NCBI RefSeq assembly: GCF_009914755.1 | Contig: NC_060926.1 | From: the human T2T-CHM13v2.0 reference genome, Homo sapiens | Direction: 5' to 3' (one strand) | Length of the DNA stretch: 64,000 bases | In this document: one piece after another, positions 1-12,902 of the stretch | Layout: each line of letters starts with the position of its first letter | How positions within the stretch are numbered: the first letter of the stretch is position 1 | The notes under the pieces: generated by a model | The model's input: the letters and a program-made list of their open reading frames with translations, nothing else | Told to the model about the DNA's origin: nothing | Database searches by the model: none | Made by a program: the position numbers and the translations under genes

Positions 1-89
1 CAGAAACACAACTTGAACCCAGATCTCCAACTGGAAATCCATGTTATTAGCATCACGCTGTGATAGTATTCTGCAGGGTCTGAAGGTGT

Positions 90-285
90 CGCTTCCAGCC
101 AGGCAGGCCTGGGTTCCAGTCCTGGGATCCTTCTTTTCTTAGCTCCTAAAGCTAATTCCTTCCTTTCTCAGAATGCTTGTTTCCTCATCACGGCAGCAAG
201 GCTAATCACACCCACTCAAATGGTTATCAGGAGGAGTATATGAGGCAAGATGACATGTGCCAACCACCTAGGACAGAACCTGGCA
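90..285 (+). mobile_element. MIR SINE (degenerate)
   Basis: ccaggcaggcctgggttccagtcctgg ... tttcctcatc ... ggacagaacctggca resembles the MIR consensus. Confidence 0.55.
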
Positions 286-577
286 GCCATTAGTTTCAGT
301 CTCCAGTGCACAATTTGCAAACTGGTTTTTAACTGCAAAAATTTTAGTTCAAATATAATCTTACAAAGATACCCAATATGCAAAGAGCTAAAACTGAAAC
401 TTCTCTGAAGGAAGGGTGATGGGTGGCTCAGCACCCCACCCACTCTGGCCCCTCTCCCACCAGCAGAGGCTCTGTTGAACACTCAGAATTTCTCAGAGCA
501 CAGTCAGGCAACCTGGATCTGGGGGAAGAAGAATGCTCTGAGATCTCAAAGGACTCTGAACACATGCCCCAGATTAA

Positions 578-636
578 GACAAATGATATCCTTTTGTTGC
601 ACAGAGGACATTAACGATATCCTTTTGTTGCCAGAG
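578..636. repeat. Two-copy ~30-bp tandem duplication
   Basis: gaca..gatatccttttgttgc(a)cagag occurs twice (578-606, 607-636). Confidence 0.9.
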
Positions 637-1024
637 TGGGTGGGGAGCTGAACCACCCAACAATGATAACATTGTTTCGCTGGATATTTATCAAATGGCC
701 TAGAGAGGGTGGAATGCCTTTGGTAAGCAGGTATCCAAAGACAATAGCATAGGTCATACTGAAACCTATGTCCCAGGATGTAAGATGTTATGAGTATAAA
801 CCCTGATTCCTCTGAAGACATTGGAGAGATGCAACCGTCATCCTTGTAGTACCCGAAACATGGTATTCTGGGAGGTTGGGATTGAGGGGATGGAAAAGGG
901 CCATTTGTCGTGGACTCTTCCTTTGATGAACTCATTTGGAATTACTATAGAAGACACCATACCCCATGGATACACGGTTTCCTGCTCCGGCCCCTCCTCT
1001 GCTAGCTTGGCTACTCAAAATCCA

Positions 1025-1260
1025 ACTAATATTGACTGAATGTCTGCATGCCTGCTATGTATCTGGAACTCCTGAGGCACACTCGGGTCTTACTTCATTG
1101 AATCTTCAAAACTGTCCAGCAATTCAGAGACTCTTACCACAGTTTACGGTTGTGAAACTGAGGCTCAAAGCAGTTTGGGACATTAGTCCTGGACTTGCAG
1201 CTATTGAGAGGACAGGGTTCAAACCTAGCTTCACCCAAGGCCAAGTCCAGTGCTCTTCCA
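1025..1260 (-). mobile_element. MIR SINE
   Basis: cattgaatcttcaaaa ... gaaactgaggctcaaag ... gggttcaaacctag is the antisense MIR core. Confidence 0.65.
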
Positions 1261-1934
1261 AGCCCCCTCCATGAAGCTTTCCAGAGAAATCCTAGCTGTG
1301 CCCAGCCATTCTAGATACTGTCCGGGAGGACACCTTAGAAGCTTAGGACAGCCTGGGTGATTCAGCCTAGAAGAACACACTAGGAGAATGGTGAGAGACC
1401 TGTGTTCTTGTCCGTTCTAATTTTAACCCGGTAGGTCCCTTCTCTAGATGTAGTTTTCTCATCTGTAAAGCTGAGAGAGTGGCTTTCTAAACCACTTCCT
1501 GTTCTGCATCTCCTCCCCATGACTGCCTGTGTACATCTGAAAGCAATGGTTCTGGGGCCTGAGTCTCAGTCTGATGTGTTTACATGTCCCTGGTTTCTTT
1601 CGGCCTGTTCCCCAAGAACGGTCTCCAGGCCCGCGCCCTCAGTGCCCCTGAGCTGCAGCTGCTTGCCTGGCCTCCCAGCCCCAACTGCACCTGTCCAGCC
1701 CGTGCTCTGGGGAAGTTAGCAAGGAATCAGGACCCTGGAAGGTGGCACAGGCTCAAGGTGGCTGCAGAGGAGGCAACTACAAGTGCTGCTGAGGGACCTC
1801 CTCCCGGCAGCCCTCCAGAATTACTGCTCCCCAAAGTAACTCTCAGGTTGTTTTAATGAAAGATAAATGCATGCTACCCTGTGCTCAGTTTTTATTTTCT
1901 AGAATGTGTGGAACAGTGAGGGAATTGTAACATC

Positions 1935-2239
1935 TTTTTTGTTTTGTTTTGTTTTTGAGTCAGAGTCTCACTCTGTCACCCATGCTGGAGAGTGCAGTGG
2001 TGCGATCTTGCCTCACCGCGACTTCCGGCTCCCGGTTCAAGTGATTCTCCTGTCTTAGTCTTCCGAGTAGCTGGGATTACAGGCAGGCACCACCACGCCC
2101 AGCTAATTTTTGTATTTTTAGTAGAGACAGGGTTTCACCAAGTTGGCCAGGCTGGTCTCAAACTCTTGACCTCAGGTGATTCATCCACCTCGGCCTCCCA
2201 AAATTCTGGGATTACAGGCGTCAGCCACCACACCCGGCC
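1935..2239 (-). mobile_element. AluS (Sx-like), full length
   Basis: Antisense dimeric Alu with T-rich tail; TSD tgtaacatc at 1926-1934 and 2240-2248. Confidence 0.95.
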
Positions 2240-2494
2240 TGTAACATCATTTTTTAAAAATCAAACACACAGTGAGGTGGTGTCACAACTCCTCAGATGG
2301 CTGAGAATTGTTAGGAAATGCAACCCTGTGGCTCAGACTCCACACTCAACTGCTCTCTGGAAGCATCACCTGTGCCCAACCTCACCTCAGTAGCGGAGAA
2401 TTGCTGGATCAGTATACAGACTAGCGGAGTGGTTGGGAGAGTAGGAGCCGCTCTGAAGGGATCAAGCCTCAACTGGATGCAGGAATTCCGGTGG

Positions 2495-3625
2495 TTTATT
2501 AGCAAGAGAAGGCACTTGGAGGTGCAAGGAGTGCAATACTGAACAAAACAGCCACAGTCCTTACCCTCGTGGAGCTTAGAGTTGTCAGGGAAGGATATGG
2601 ACAGTAAACAGGTAAAGTAATAAATATATATGTAATCTAAAATTGAGAAAATGCTACAAAGGTCAGAAGCAGAGTGTGTGATGGAGAATAAGGGTGTTTT
2701 TGGGTTGGAGAGAGGGACTTCCACTGAAGCAATGTTGTCAAGGATGATCCATTTGAAGGGGTAACATGTAAGCTGAGAGCTGAAAGTCAAGGAATCAACT
2801 GGGCTACAAACTGGAAAAAGAGCCAGAGGCAAGGCCAAAGGCCCCAAAAGAGGGTTCAGCAAACATTCGGTGCAGGGCCAGATAGTAAATACCTTTGGCT
2901 TCATGGTCCATCAATCTCTGTCATGCCTGTGTTCCAATAAAACTTTATTTATAAAACAGAAGCAGGAAGTATTCTGCCAATTCCTGCCCTGAAACAATAA
3001 AGCATGCATTGTGTGTTAGGAAAGAATGAGGCTGGCTAGCCGAGCCAGGGAGGAAGGGGAGGGTTTCAAGGTGAGGTGGAAAAGACAGGAGTGAGGTCAT
3101 GGAAGGCTTTGTAGAACATGGAAAAGACTTCGGATTTATTGTAAAAAGCCACTGCAGGGTTTTAAAGCAGCCAAGAGACATGACTTGATTTATACTGTGA
3201 AAGATTACTCTGGTTACTGTGTAAAGAAAGAACTGGAGAGAGGAAAGGGAGGAGGCAGGAAGACCCTCTTGGAATCTACTGTAATAGCCATGGGAGAGAT
3301 GCTGGTGACCCGCTATCTGGTGGAGATAGAGAAAGGCAGATGGCTTGAAGATCCAATTTGGAGATTACATCCATAGGACTTGCTGATGATCACATGTGGC
3401 AGAGGAAGAGCCAGTCCTCAAATATGGCCTTCAGGATTCTGGCTTAAGCAAGTGGGTGAATTTACTGAACTGTAGAAGATAGGAAACAGAGGGGCTAGGT
3501 CAGGGGATAGACTCAAATACGGAAACCAGAACTTCAGTTTCAGAAACACTAAAGTTGAGATGCTTGTGAGACATGTAAGTGTCGAGGTCCAGTAAGCAAA
3601 TCTGATCAGGATCTGAGAGGCAGGG
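2495..3625 (-). mobile_element. L2 LINE 3' portion, interrupted by MER58A
   Basis: Typical antisense L2 text (gaacaaaacag...ccctcgtggagcttaga; agccactgcagggttttaaagcag...gaaagattactctgg). Confidence 0.75.
2850..2985 (+). mobile_element. MER58A-like hAT-Charlie MITE, internally deleted
   Basis: gggccagatagtaaata...ggc and tgtgttccaataaaactttatttataaaacag are MER58 hallmarks. Confidence 0.75.
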
Positions 3626-3799
3626 CATATGGGGCTTATAGGACACGCCTCCTTCCTCAGCTTGGCCCCATTTTCCCCTAGGCTCAGTTGTTGCCCTGAT
3701 TCCTAGCTGGAGCAGCCCCACCGTGGTATGATGACCTCCCGGTGGTTATGAACCTCGCTGCCACTGCTATGGCCTCACCTTTCATTGCTGACTGAGCCC

Positions 3800-4300
3800 C
3801 ACAGATGAGGGCCAGGCTTCATCAAGCCTTCCATGGCGCCTTCCCTGTCAGGGGCCTCAGTGGCTCCAGAGCCCATGTCCAACCATCTGAACTTAGGCAT
3901 CTCTGACTTCTCTGGTGGCTTTCCAAAAGGGCCTAGTGACATAAGCAGAAAGTGCAAAGGACTTAACTCCACAAGTGGCAAACCTTAACCAATGTGAGCA
4001 GGAGATGGGAAGGAACTGGCAGATAAATTGTTCACCTTCCTTCCCTCAACAGTTCTGCCAAGATGCAGTGGTCCCATACTGCTTCTCTCGATGGCTCACG
4101 TGATCAAGCAATCAGCTATGTGTTTTCTTGGGAAGCTGTGGCCAGCTCCACAAAAAACTATGATGTGATGGCTTCCCTCCTCCCCTGCCTTACTTCCCCT
4201 TTGCCCTCAGTCCTGCTTTCCCTGGGATTATACCCTCCAATAAAACATTAGCCCCTAAGCTCTGCCTCAAGTTCAGTTTTGTAGGGGACCTGGGCCTATC
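3800..4300 (+). mobile_element. LTR16-family (ERVL) solo LTR
   Basis: ccaat box, ttccctggga...ctccaataaaac...tctgcctcaag...ggggacc 3' end typical of LTR16. Confidence 0.6.
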
Positions 4301-4359
4301 CAACCAGTTTAGATGCTAAAAATGTTAAGCACCATCTATTTATTTCACAAAGATTTTTA

Positions 4360-4503
4360 AAAGTACTTATCATATGTCAGGTATTGTTCGAAATGCCTTA
4401 CAAATATTAACTCATTTTATCCTTATGATGATCCTGTAAAACAGATATTATTGGTATCCCCATTTTAGAGCTGAGAAAACTGCAACAGAGAGGTCAAGTA
4501 GCC
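4360..4503 (-). mobile_element. MIR SINE
   Basis: ttaactcattttatcctt...ccccattttagagctgagaaaactg...agagaggtcaagta. Confidence 0.8.
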
Positions 4504-4511
4504 GTATAGAT

Positions 4512-5136
4512 CAGTGCTGGCTATGGAAACAATGCAAGCCTCATATGTAGTTCTAAATTTTCTAAAAGTTACGTAAAAGTAAAAAGAGACTGGTGAAATT
4601 AATTTTAGTAATATTTTTATTTAACTTAATATAGCCAAAGTATTATTATTTCAACATGAAATCAATAAAAACCATTTTAATGAGATTGCTGACATTCTTT
4701 CATACTAAGTCCTTAAAATCCAGTGTGGGCTGGGCATGGTGGCTCACACCTGTAATCCCAGCACTCTGAGAGGTTGAAGTGGGAGGATTGCTTGAGTCCA
4801 GGAGTATGAGAGCAGGCTGGGTAACACAGTGAGACTTTGTCTCTACAAAAAAAAAAAAAAAAAAAAAAATAGCTATGCGTGGTGGTGTGCACCTGTAGTC
4901 CCAGTTACTCAGGAGGCTGAGATTAGATGGGAGGATGGCTTCAGCCCGGGAAATTGAGGCTACAGTGAGCCTACATCATGCTGCTACACTCCAGCCTGGG
5001 TGACTGAGCAAGACTTTGTTCCAAAAAAAAGTCCATTGTGTACTTAATATTTACAGCACATCTCATTTTGTACTAGCCACATTTCAAATGCTCAATGGCC
5101 ACTTGGGGCTGGTGGCTGCCCTACTGAACAGGGCAG
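4512..5136 (-). mobile_element. MER33 hAT-Charlie, split by an AluJ
   Basis: ggtgaaattaattttagtaata ... ttacagcacatctca...ctagccacatttcaaatgctcaatggccac matches antisense MER33. Confidence 0.85.
4728..5030 (+). mobile_element. AluJ
   Basis: Dimeric Alu with J diagnostics (gggaggattgcttgag, gaggctacagtgagc) and long middle A-run. Confidence 0.92.
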
Positions 5137-5432
5137 GAATAGATCGTATGCTACATTATGAGTAAATGACCACGTAGAGGAGGAAGAAAAGACTTCCCTC
5201 AAAACTCAGCTGGCATTCCTTGAGCTGAACATAGGCATGGAGAAAGACTATCTTTTCTCAATAAGACGAAAGAACTAAGTAGATAGAAATTTATTTGCTC
5301 TTTTAAATTTTTTGTTAATTACAGTTGTATATGTATCAGCAAGTGCTGACAAAAAAAACATACATAGCAAACATATGTTATAGGAAACATTCTGGAAATA
5401 GGTGTTTGTAACTAGTCTGACTGAACTTCTTC

Positions 5433-5854
<422 letters not shown>

Positions 5855-5889
5855 TAAAATGAACTTTCAACAGAACTCGGTGTCATTTT

Positions 5890-6730
5890 CAGTGGTGGCT
5901 CGCAGAATCCTGGCTATGTGTAGGGCAGGCACCGGGTGCTGGGATTGTAGGAGTAAACAGACAGAAGAGGGCTCCACTCTTAGGGAGCTGACAGTCTGCT
6001 AGGAGAGCACGATCAGTGAGTGCTTCTGATGCAGTGGCAAAGGAGTTTGATGGGTGTTATGACAGGAAACGTGAGGCACTGGGAGAGCAGGTAGGAGGGA
6101 CACCTGACCTGGAATTGAAGTTTAGGGAAGGTGGCAGGGAGGAAGGGATGCTGAACAAGGACCTGTATTTGTCCATTTTCATGCTACTGATAAAGACATA
6201 CCTGAGACTGGGTAATTCATAAAGAAAAAGAGATTTAATGGACTCACACTTCCACGTGGCTGGGGAGGCCTCACAATCATGGTGGAAGGCAAAATGCATG
6301 TCTTACATGGCAGCAGGCAAGAGCAAATGAAAGCCAAATGGAAGGGGAAACCCCTTATCAAAACATGAGCTCTTGTGAGACTTATTCACTACCACAGAGA
6401 ACACTATGGGGAAAACCACCCCCATGATTCAGTGATCTCCCACCAGGTCCCTCCTACAACATGTGGGATCTATGGGAGCTACAATTCAAGATGAGGTTTG
6501 GATGGGGACACGGAGCCAAACCATACCAGGACCCAAAAGATGAACAGGGGTCAATTAAATGAAGAGGAGGTGAAGGGCTACAACGGAGCCTGGGTATGTT
6601 CGAGGCAGAGGTGAAAGCCTGGACGAAGGCCAGATGAAGAGAGCATGGCACATTCAAAGAACCAAAAGAAATTCATTGTAACTGGATCACAGTACAGGTT
6701 GGAGCCCAGCAAGAGGTGAGGGTCAAGGAG
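5890..6730 (-). mobile_element. L2 LINE fragment, split by THE1B
   Basis: ggcaccgggtgctggga...gtaaacagacag...ggagctgacagtct is an antisense L2 3' end. Confidence 0.6.
6164..6528 (-). mobile_element. THE1B-like MaLR solo LTR
   Basis: Full antisense THE1 LTR (tgtatt...ccaaaccatacca); perfect 5-bp TSD GGACC at 6159-6163 and 6529-6533. Confidence 0.95.
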
Positions 6731-6784
6731 TCAAATACAAGACAAGGAAAAGAAAAGGACAGGAGTTTTAATGGATGTGGACTG

Positions 6785-7048
6785 GGATTTCTCAGAGTAT
6801 GGTTACACTGCATACATCACATTCACTGGAGATGCTTGTTATGAACGGGAACTTTTGGGGCTTTTTCTAGGCCTGGGTGGGGTTTTTCTCAGAGTAGGGT
6901 TACACAGTGTACATACATCACCTTCATTGGAGATGCTTGTTATAAATGGGAACTTCTGGGGCTCTTTCTAGGCCTAGGGAGTTTAGGAATCTTCATTTTA
7001 ATAAGCTCCCCAGGTGAATGCTTTGCACACAAAAACTTGAGAAACACT
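6785..7048. mobile_element. MER5-like hAT MITE with internal ~97-bp tandem duplication
   Basis: atcacattcactggagatgcttgtta...aataagctccccaggtga...ttgagaaacact; 6788-6874 repeated at 6885-6975. Confidence 0.75.
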
Positions 7049-7099
7049 TAAAAAAATAGTTGAAAAGTCTTTGACAAGTTTCTCCACTAAAACCAATAT

Positions 7100-7975
7100 T
7101 TGAAAATGAATTCCCACATCATAAAACAATAAAGAGAAAGTTGGGAAAATTTGTGCACTGTTTGAATATACTAAGGAATTGTTAAACTTTAAAGGTGTCA
7201 TAAGGTATTGTGTTTAAGGTTTTTAAAAAGAACCTTATGTTTTAGAAATGCATGCTGAGATGCTTATGGATAAAACTATATGATGTGAAGGAGTGGCTTC
7301 AAAATGACCTTGGTGGGAGAAGAGAAGTGTAAATGAAACAAAATGGCTCACAAACCGACCATTATTGAAACCAGTGATGGCTACATGGACACTCACTTCA
7401 CCGTTTATTTACTGCTGAGACCAGCTCGGTCGGGGAGACCCTAACCCAGTGGCGCTAGAGGAATTAAAGACACACACACAGAAATGTAGAGGTGTGAAGT
7501 GGGAAATCAGGGGTCTCACAGCCTTCAGAGCTGAGAGCCCTGAACAGAGATTTACCCACATATTTATTAACAGCAAACCAGTCACTAGCATTGTTTCTAT
7601 AGATATTAAATTAACTAAAAGTATCCCTTATGGGAAATGAAGGGATGGGCCAAATTAAAGGACTAGGTTGGGCTAATTAACTGCAGCAGGAACATGCCCT
7701 TAAGACACAGATCGCTCATGCTATTGTTTGTGGCTTAAGAATGCCTTTAAGCGGTTTTCCGCCCTGGGCGGGCCAGGTGTTCCTTGCCCTCATTCCCGTA
7801 AACCCACAACCTTCCAGCTTGGGCGTTAGTGCCATTATGAACATGTCACAGTGCTGCAGAGATTTTGTTTATGGGCAGTTTTGGGGCTGGTTTATAGCCA
7901 GATTTTGGGGGGCTTGCTCCCAGCAATTTACTTCCCAATGCTTGAAATCTTTCACAATAAAGCTTCGTTTAAAAC
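7100..7975 (+). mobile_element. Old L1M (L1MC/ME-type) 3' end, split by MER9
   Basis: aaggaattgttaa...ttttagaaatgcatgctga...gatggctacatgg | gcttgaaatctttcacaataa. Confidence 0.65.
7413..7925 (-). mobile_element. MER9 (HERV-K9/HML-3) solo LTR, full length
   Basis: TG...CA termini, close match to the recalled MER9a consensus, perfect 6-bp TSD ATTTAC (7407-7412, 7926-7931). Confidence 0.93.
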
Positions 7976-8059
7976 TAAATTTCCATGGGATTGATTCATT
8001 TCATGCATTCAATGATATTTGCTGACTTCTAATACGTGATCAGAGAGATGTTTCACACT

Positions 8060-8465
8060 GGATATGGATCTCTGTAGAGTCCAGGAACAAAGGCAGCATA
8101 ACGGCTTCTTTGGATGTGACTTTGTCCTTTCTCACGGGGATCAGCGCTCAGATCTCTTTTCAGTTGGCTTCTTTTTTCTTTCAAATAAAAAGGAGTACAC
8201 AGTGAAGCCATCAAATCCAAGGATGACATAGCTCTTCGGGACAATGAACTGTCATACAGATCAAAGAAAACTACAAGAAACTTTCACGAAGCTGCGGAGG
8301 GAAAAGCAAACATCAGATGCAATTCAATGAGCTTGCAGTTAGGGGAGTGGATCTAGAGAAAATTGTCCAATGACACTTACAGGCTGATGAGCTCTGAGCC
8401 ACAGTTACAACCTGGGAAAAGGATTCAAGAGGTATCACTGGCTATTTGCTATAGATTTCAGCTCC
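8060..8465 (+). mobile_element. CR1/L3-type LINE ORF2 (RT C-terminal) fossil
   Basis: Frameshifted translation gives RGSAL (PQGSVL-like), DD.LFG, KLQETFTKL, QMQFN, YRLMSSE, VTTWEKD in CR1 RT order. Confidence 0.75.
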
Positions 8466-9114
8466 CAAAGCCATGAGCCCAGGTCAGAATGGGCCTGGAA
8501 ACCTAAAAGAAGGCAGATTGCGGGCAGGCTGGAAGGATGCAAACTACCCTATGTCTTTACCCTATATGTTATCAATTGCAATTCAAAAACAGATTTGGGG
8601 GAAAGCCCTACCACATCAAATGTACACACTGATAATAATACACACCCTAATCTCATAAATACTAAATAGTGAAAAACATATCCCCTGAGAATTCACCATT
8701 TATTGGGAACTTAAACTTCATAGCATAATATCTATAACCTCATTTTATTCTAGTAGCAATCCTCTGTGGAAACCCACAGGTTTGGAAACCTGCCTCAGGT
8801 TACCTGACCATATTAAGTGGTAAAGTTGGATTTTAAATGGGAACTCAGTGTCCTCTAACTGGGATATGTATCAAATTCCAGAGGGTAATTAGGCAAAAAT
8901 AATAATCAGGAAACCAATTTCCAGATCCTCAACTTGCATCGGCCTTCTTCCCTAAAATGGAGTTATCTGAGAATAAGACTGAATTAACACACTAAGGCTT
9001 TTTCCGTTTTACAAAAGAAAGGGGACCCAACGTGGGGAATGACTCCATGAATAATTCCATAGCTCACAGGGCCTCTGCATCCTTGTACTGGTGGTGAGAA
9101 TAATAACAATTTTT

Positions 9115-9449
<335 letters not shown>

Positions 9450-10021
9450 TCATTCCCCCTGCTCTTGGGGGAGAATCCTACAAGAGCAAAAAAAAAAAGT
9501 ATAAAATACGAAAAACGGCTTTTTCCATGTATGTAAATGTGATCAATAAAATACTCTGAAGCATAAGAAAATAATATGTCAGGATAAAAATCTGTGAAGG
9601 AAGTAGGAATAGTAATAAGAGTTCCAGGAGATAAAAAGAAAGATGTAAAATTCCTGAATGCCAATCAGCTTTTTCATAAATTTTAAAATGGATGATAGGG
9701 GCTACCAAATTGTCGATGTTACATTCCACTGGATCCATTTTAAAGTGTGAAGTCACAGTAGGTTTTAAATATCAATATTTACAATAAGCCAGAAACCACA
9801 GTTTTTGCAGCTACTTAACTTTTGAACTTCATTTTTTAAATGTGCTGGGGGTAGACAGTGGATAGCTTTACAAAATTCTGTTAGGGGTACATACATAAAC
9901 AAGTAAGGCATGGGCCCTACCTGTCTGACGACACTCTCTCTGCTTTTTCCACTTCTCTAAGTTGGCCTCTAAACAGCACCTTCTCAGCACTTGGGTAATA
10001 ATGACATCAAAAAGCAATGAA

Positions 10022-10333
10022 GGCCAGGTGCGGTGGCTCCTGTCTGTAATCCCAGCACTTTGGGAAGCTGAGGCAGGTGGATCATTTGAGGTCAGGAGTT
10101 CGAGACCAGCCTGGCCAACATGGTGAAACCATGTCTCTACTAAAATTACAAAAAAAATGAGCTGGGAGTGACGCTGCATGCCTGTAATCCCAGCTACTCA
10201 GGAAGCTGAGGCATGAGAATCACTTGAACCCCCGGGGAGGCGGAGGTTGCAGTGAGCCAAGATCGCACCACTGCACTCCAGCCTGGGTGACAGAGCAAGA
10301 CTCTGTCTTAAAAAAAAAAAAAAAAAAAAAAAA
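10022..10333 (+). mobile_element. AluS (Sx-like)
   Basis: Dimeric Alu, poly-A tail, TSD aaaagcaa(t/a)gaa. Confidence 0.95.
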
Positions 10334-10429
10334 GCAAAGAAGAAGTAAGCAACTCCCCCTCCTCCCATATCCTAGGAAGTACAGAGAAAACTATTCTATA
10401 TGGGTTGAGCCCCTATTATGGGGCAGGTC

Positions 10430-10630
10430 CTATTTGGGGCATTGAATTCATCTGTCTTTATTGCTCTAATAGGGACACTATCACTCCCATTTTACTGATG
10501 AGGAAATGGAGGCTCAGAGGAACACATAAGCTGTTTATGGACTTACAGCTGCTACAGCTTACAGCTGGTAAGCACCAGAGCCAGGATTCAGCCCAGCTCT
10601 GGCTTAATCCAAAGCCAGTGCTTCTCCATG
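10430..10630 (-). mobile_element. MIR SINE
   Basis: cccattttactgatgaggaaatggaggctcagagg...cagctggtaag...gagccaggattca. Confidence 0.8.
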
Positions 10631-10779
10631 ATATCATCCATGCTGCCTCCAGAAATCAGAGCAGAATTAGGGGCCACCTTGGTTTTATTTTCTTTCTCTG
10701 ATAAAAGTGAAGTAGGGCACAAGACCCTGCCCAGTTCTTTTCCTACAGGCCTTCGAACATTCCCCAGCAAAGTGAGAAG

Positions 10780-11330
10780 GGAAAGCTCAGGGCTACCTCC
10801 AGTGCTAGCGCAGAGGGCGGGAGTATCAGCTGGCTGGCTGGAGCTGGCCAAGCCCCTCCTCTCCTCCTCCTGCTTCCCCCTCCATCCAGGCTCCACCGGG
10901 AACCTGTCCCAGACGCCTACCCCGCCTGAGCCAGAGGAAGGGAGGAAAACAATAGCAAAAACCAGGACCCTTCGGACTTGCCGCTGAATGGGGATTTTCG
11001 TCGGATGTTGAGTTTACCTGGAATGCCCCGGTGTTATTTTGGGAAGGCAGACATCCCACGGAAACAATGAAGTGGAAAAGAAAACAGCTAAAGCAAAATC
11101 TAGAGCCCAGTTTTTGCCAAACCAGCCCCACGTGGGCTGGGCAGGCTCTGGAAGCCCAAGTCAGGCCGATGAAGAGCGGCTGAGGCCGTGGGGATCTGGT
11201 TTACCAGGAGGGCACATGGAGGATGCAAGAAAAGGAAGAGCCGTATTCAAGTCCCCACTTCAGTGATGAGGCAGAAAGACCCTGCGCCTGACCACGTGGG
11301 AACAGCCTGCAGTGAGCGGTGACGCCGCCT
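10780..11330. promoter_or_regulatory. Candidate enhancer (CpG-retaining unique DNA)
   Basis: Many CpGs, GGGCGGG, kB-like GGGGATTTTC 10990, TEAD GGAATG 11020, CCACGTGGG around 11129 and 11293. Confidence 0.4.
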
Positions 11331-11430
11331 GGCTTGAGCTAAGTGCTGGGCTCCACCATTCATTGGCTGAGTGACCTTAGGCAAGTCACTTAACCTCTCA
11401 GAGCTTCCTTATCCTCATGTAGAAGATGGA

Positions 11431-11736
11431 GGTGGGGCGCGGTGGCTCACGCCTGTAATCCCAACACTTTGGGAGGCCGAGGCGGGTGGATCACCTGAGG
11501 TCAGGGGTTCAAGACCAGCCTGGGCAACATGGCAAAACCCCATCTCTACAAAAAATACAAAAATTAGCCCGACGTGATGGTGCGTGCCTGCAGTCCCAGC
11601 TACTTGGCAGGGCGAGGTGGGAGGATCACTTCAGCCGGGGAGGCAGAGGCTGCAGTGAGGCATGATTGCACCACTGCATTCCAGCCTGGTCAATAGAGCG
11701 GGACCCTGTCTCAAAAAAAAAAAAAAAAAAAAAAAA
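11431..11736 (+). mobile_element. Alu (AluJb-like), inserted after a MIR fragment
   Basis: Dimeric Alu with J-type right arm; MIR core gtgaccttaggcaagtcacttaacctctc at 11371. Confidence 0.93.
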
Positions 11737-11784
11737 GGCAGTGGGAGTGGGAGTGATTTGCTTTAAAGGAACAGAGGAAAGATA

Positions 11785-11915
11785 AAATATATCTCTATAT
11801 AATTATATACATTATATATAATATATTTACATATTTTATATATATAAATATATATATATATGTCCTTAGATATAGGTGTATATTTTCATATATAATTGAT
11901 GAGAATTATAGATTA
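11785..11915. repeat. (TA)n-rich low complexity
   Basis: Direct inspection. Confidence 0.9.
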
Positions 11916-12902
11916 TAGAGAGCAGTCATCTGGGAAAAAGTTTACAAACTGCTATCAGGCACTGGAGAGAATTTACTCAGGAGAAAAGGCCTAGGGAAGA
12001 AGGAAAGAGATAAAGTCCACTGAGCTAGCAGGGGCTGAAAAGGGAGAAGATCCTTCGAAGCTCCCTGTGCATGGTTTGACTTTGGTTTGCAGCACCAGCT
12101 CCTCCCATGCATAATATTACATAGTATTCTGGCTCTCTATGGCCCCTGCAAGACATAATTTATTTTTAGGGATTTATTGAGAATCTGTTGAATGCATTGC
12201 ACCACGCCAGCATGGCAGGGAATCAGGAGCTAAGTCAAAAGGGTCCCCAAGAGCTGCTTCCTGGCTGTCACCAAGTCCTCAAGCCGCTGAGCTCACCTTT
12301 TCCTTTAGCGTCCGGGTCAACTGCCTGGTGCTCTCTTCCCACTTGCAGTCAGAATTTCAAGCCTTTTTTCATCCTCCTGTTCCAACCCCTGGGAATTCTG
12401 CAGAGCAACATGTCTCCCAATCTCATTTCTTGTTTAGACTGGGAGAATTGTGATAGACACCCTCATAGATGTGTCCCCTGCAGATGTCGTCTGCTTTCCA
12501 TGCGGCCTCATCCCACACATGATGTGTCCCTCTCCCCATACTCCCTAAAGAAGCACTGACCCGAGACAGCTGACGGAACCAACATTTACCCTTTGGTAGG
12601 AGCAGGGGATGACCGATGACTGTGAAGTACAGGAGAGGGAACAGTTCACACCACTGCCCTGTGCTTCCTTGGCCAATCCTCCTCAGGGACCTCCTCTGCC
12701 AGCCATTCTAGTGCTCCCGGTTCCACCCACTGCCATGTTGTCCACAGACACTGTCTCCTCTTCTCCCCTCTTCCAGACTCTACCATCCCTCAAGAGGCAA
12801 CATCATCATACCTCTTTCCTTTTGACCTTCCAAGGACCCTTGGAAGTTTCTGTTAGTCTTTTATATGGAGCAATTCAACCCGCCTTTGCTCCAACCCTCT
12901 CC

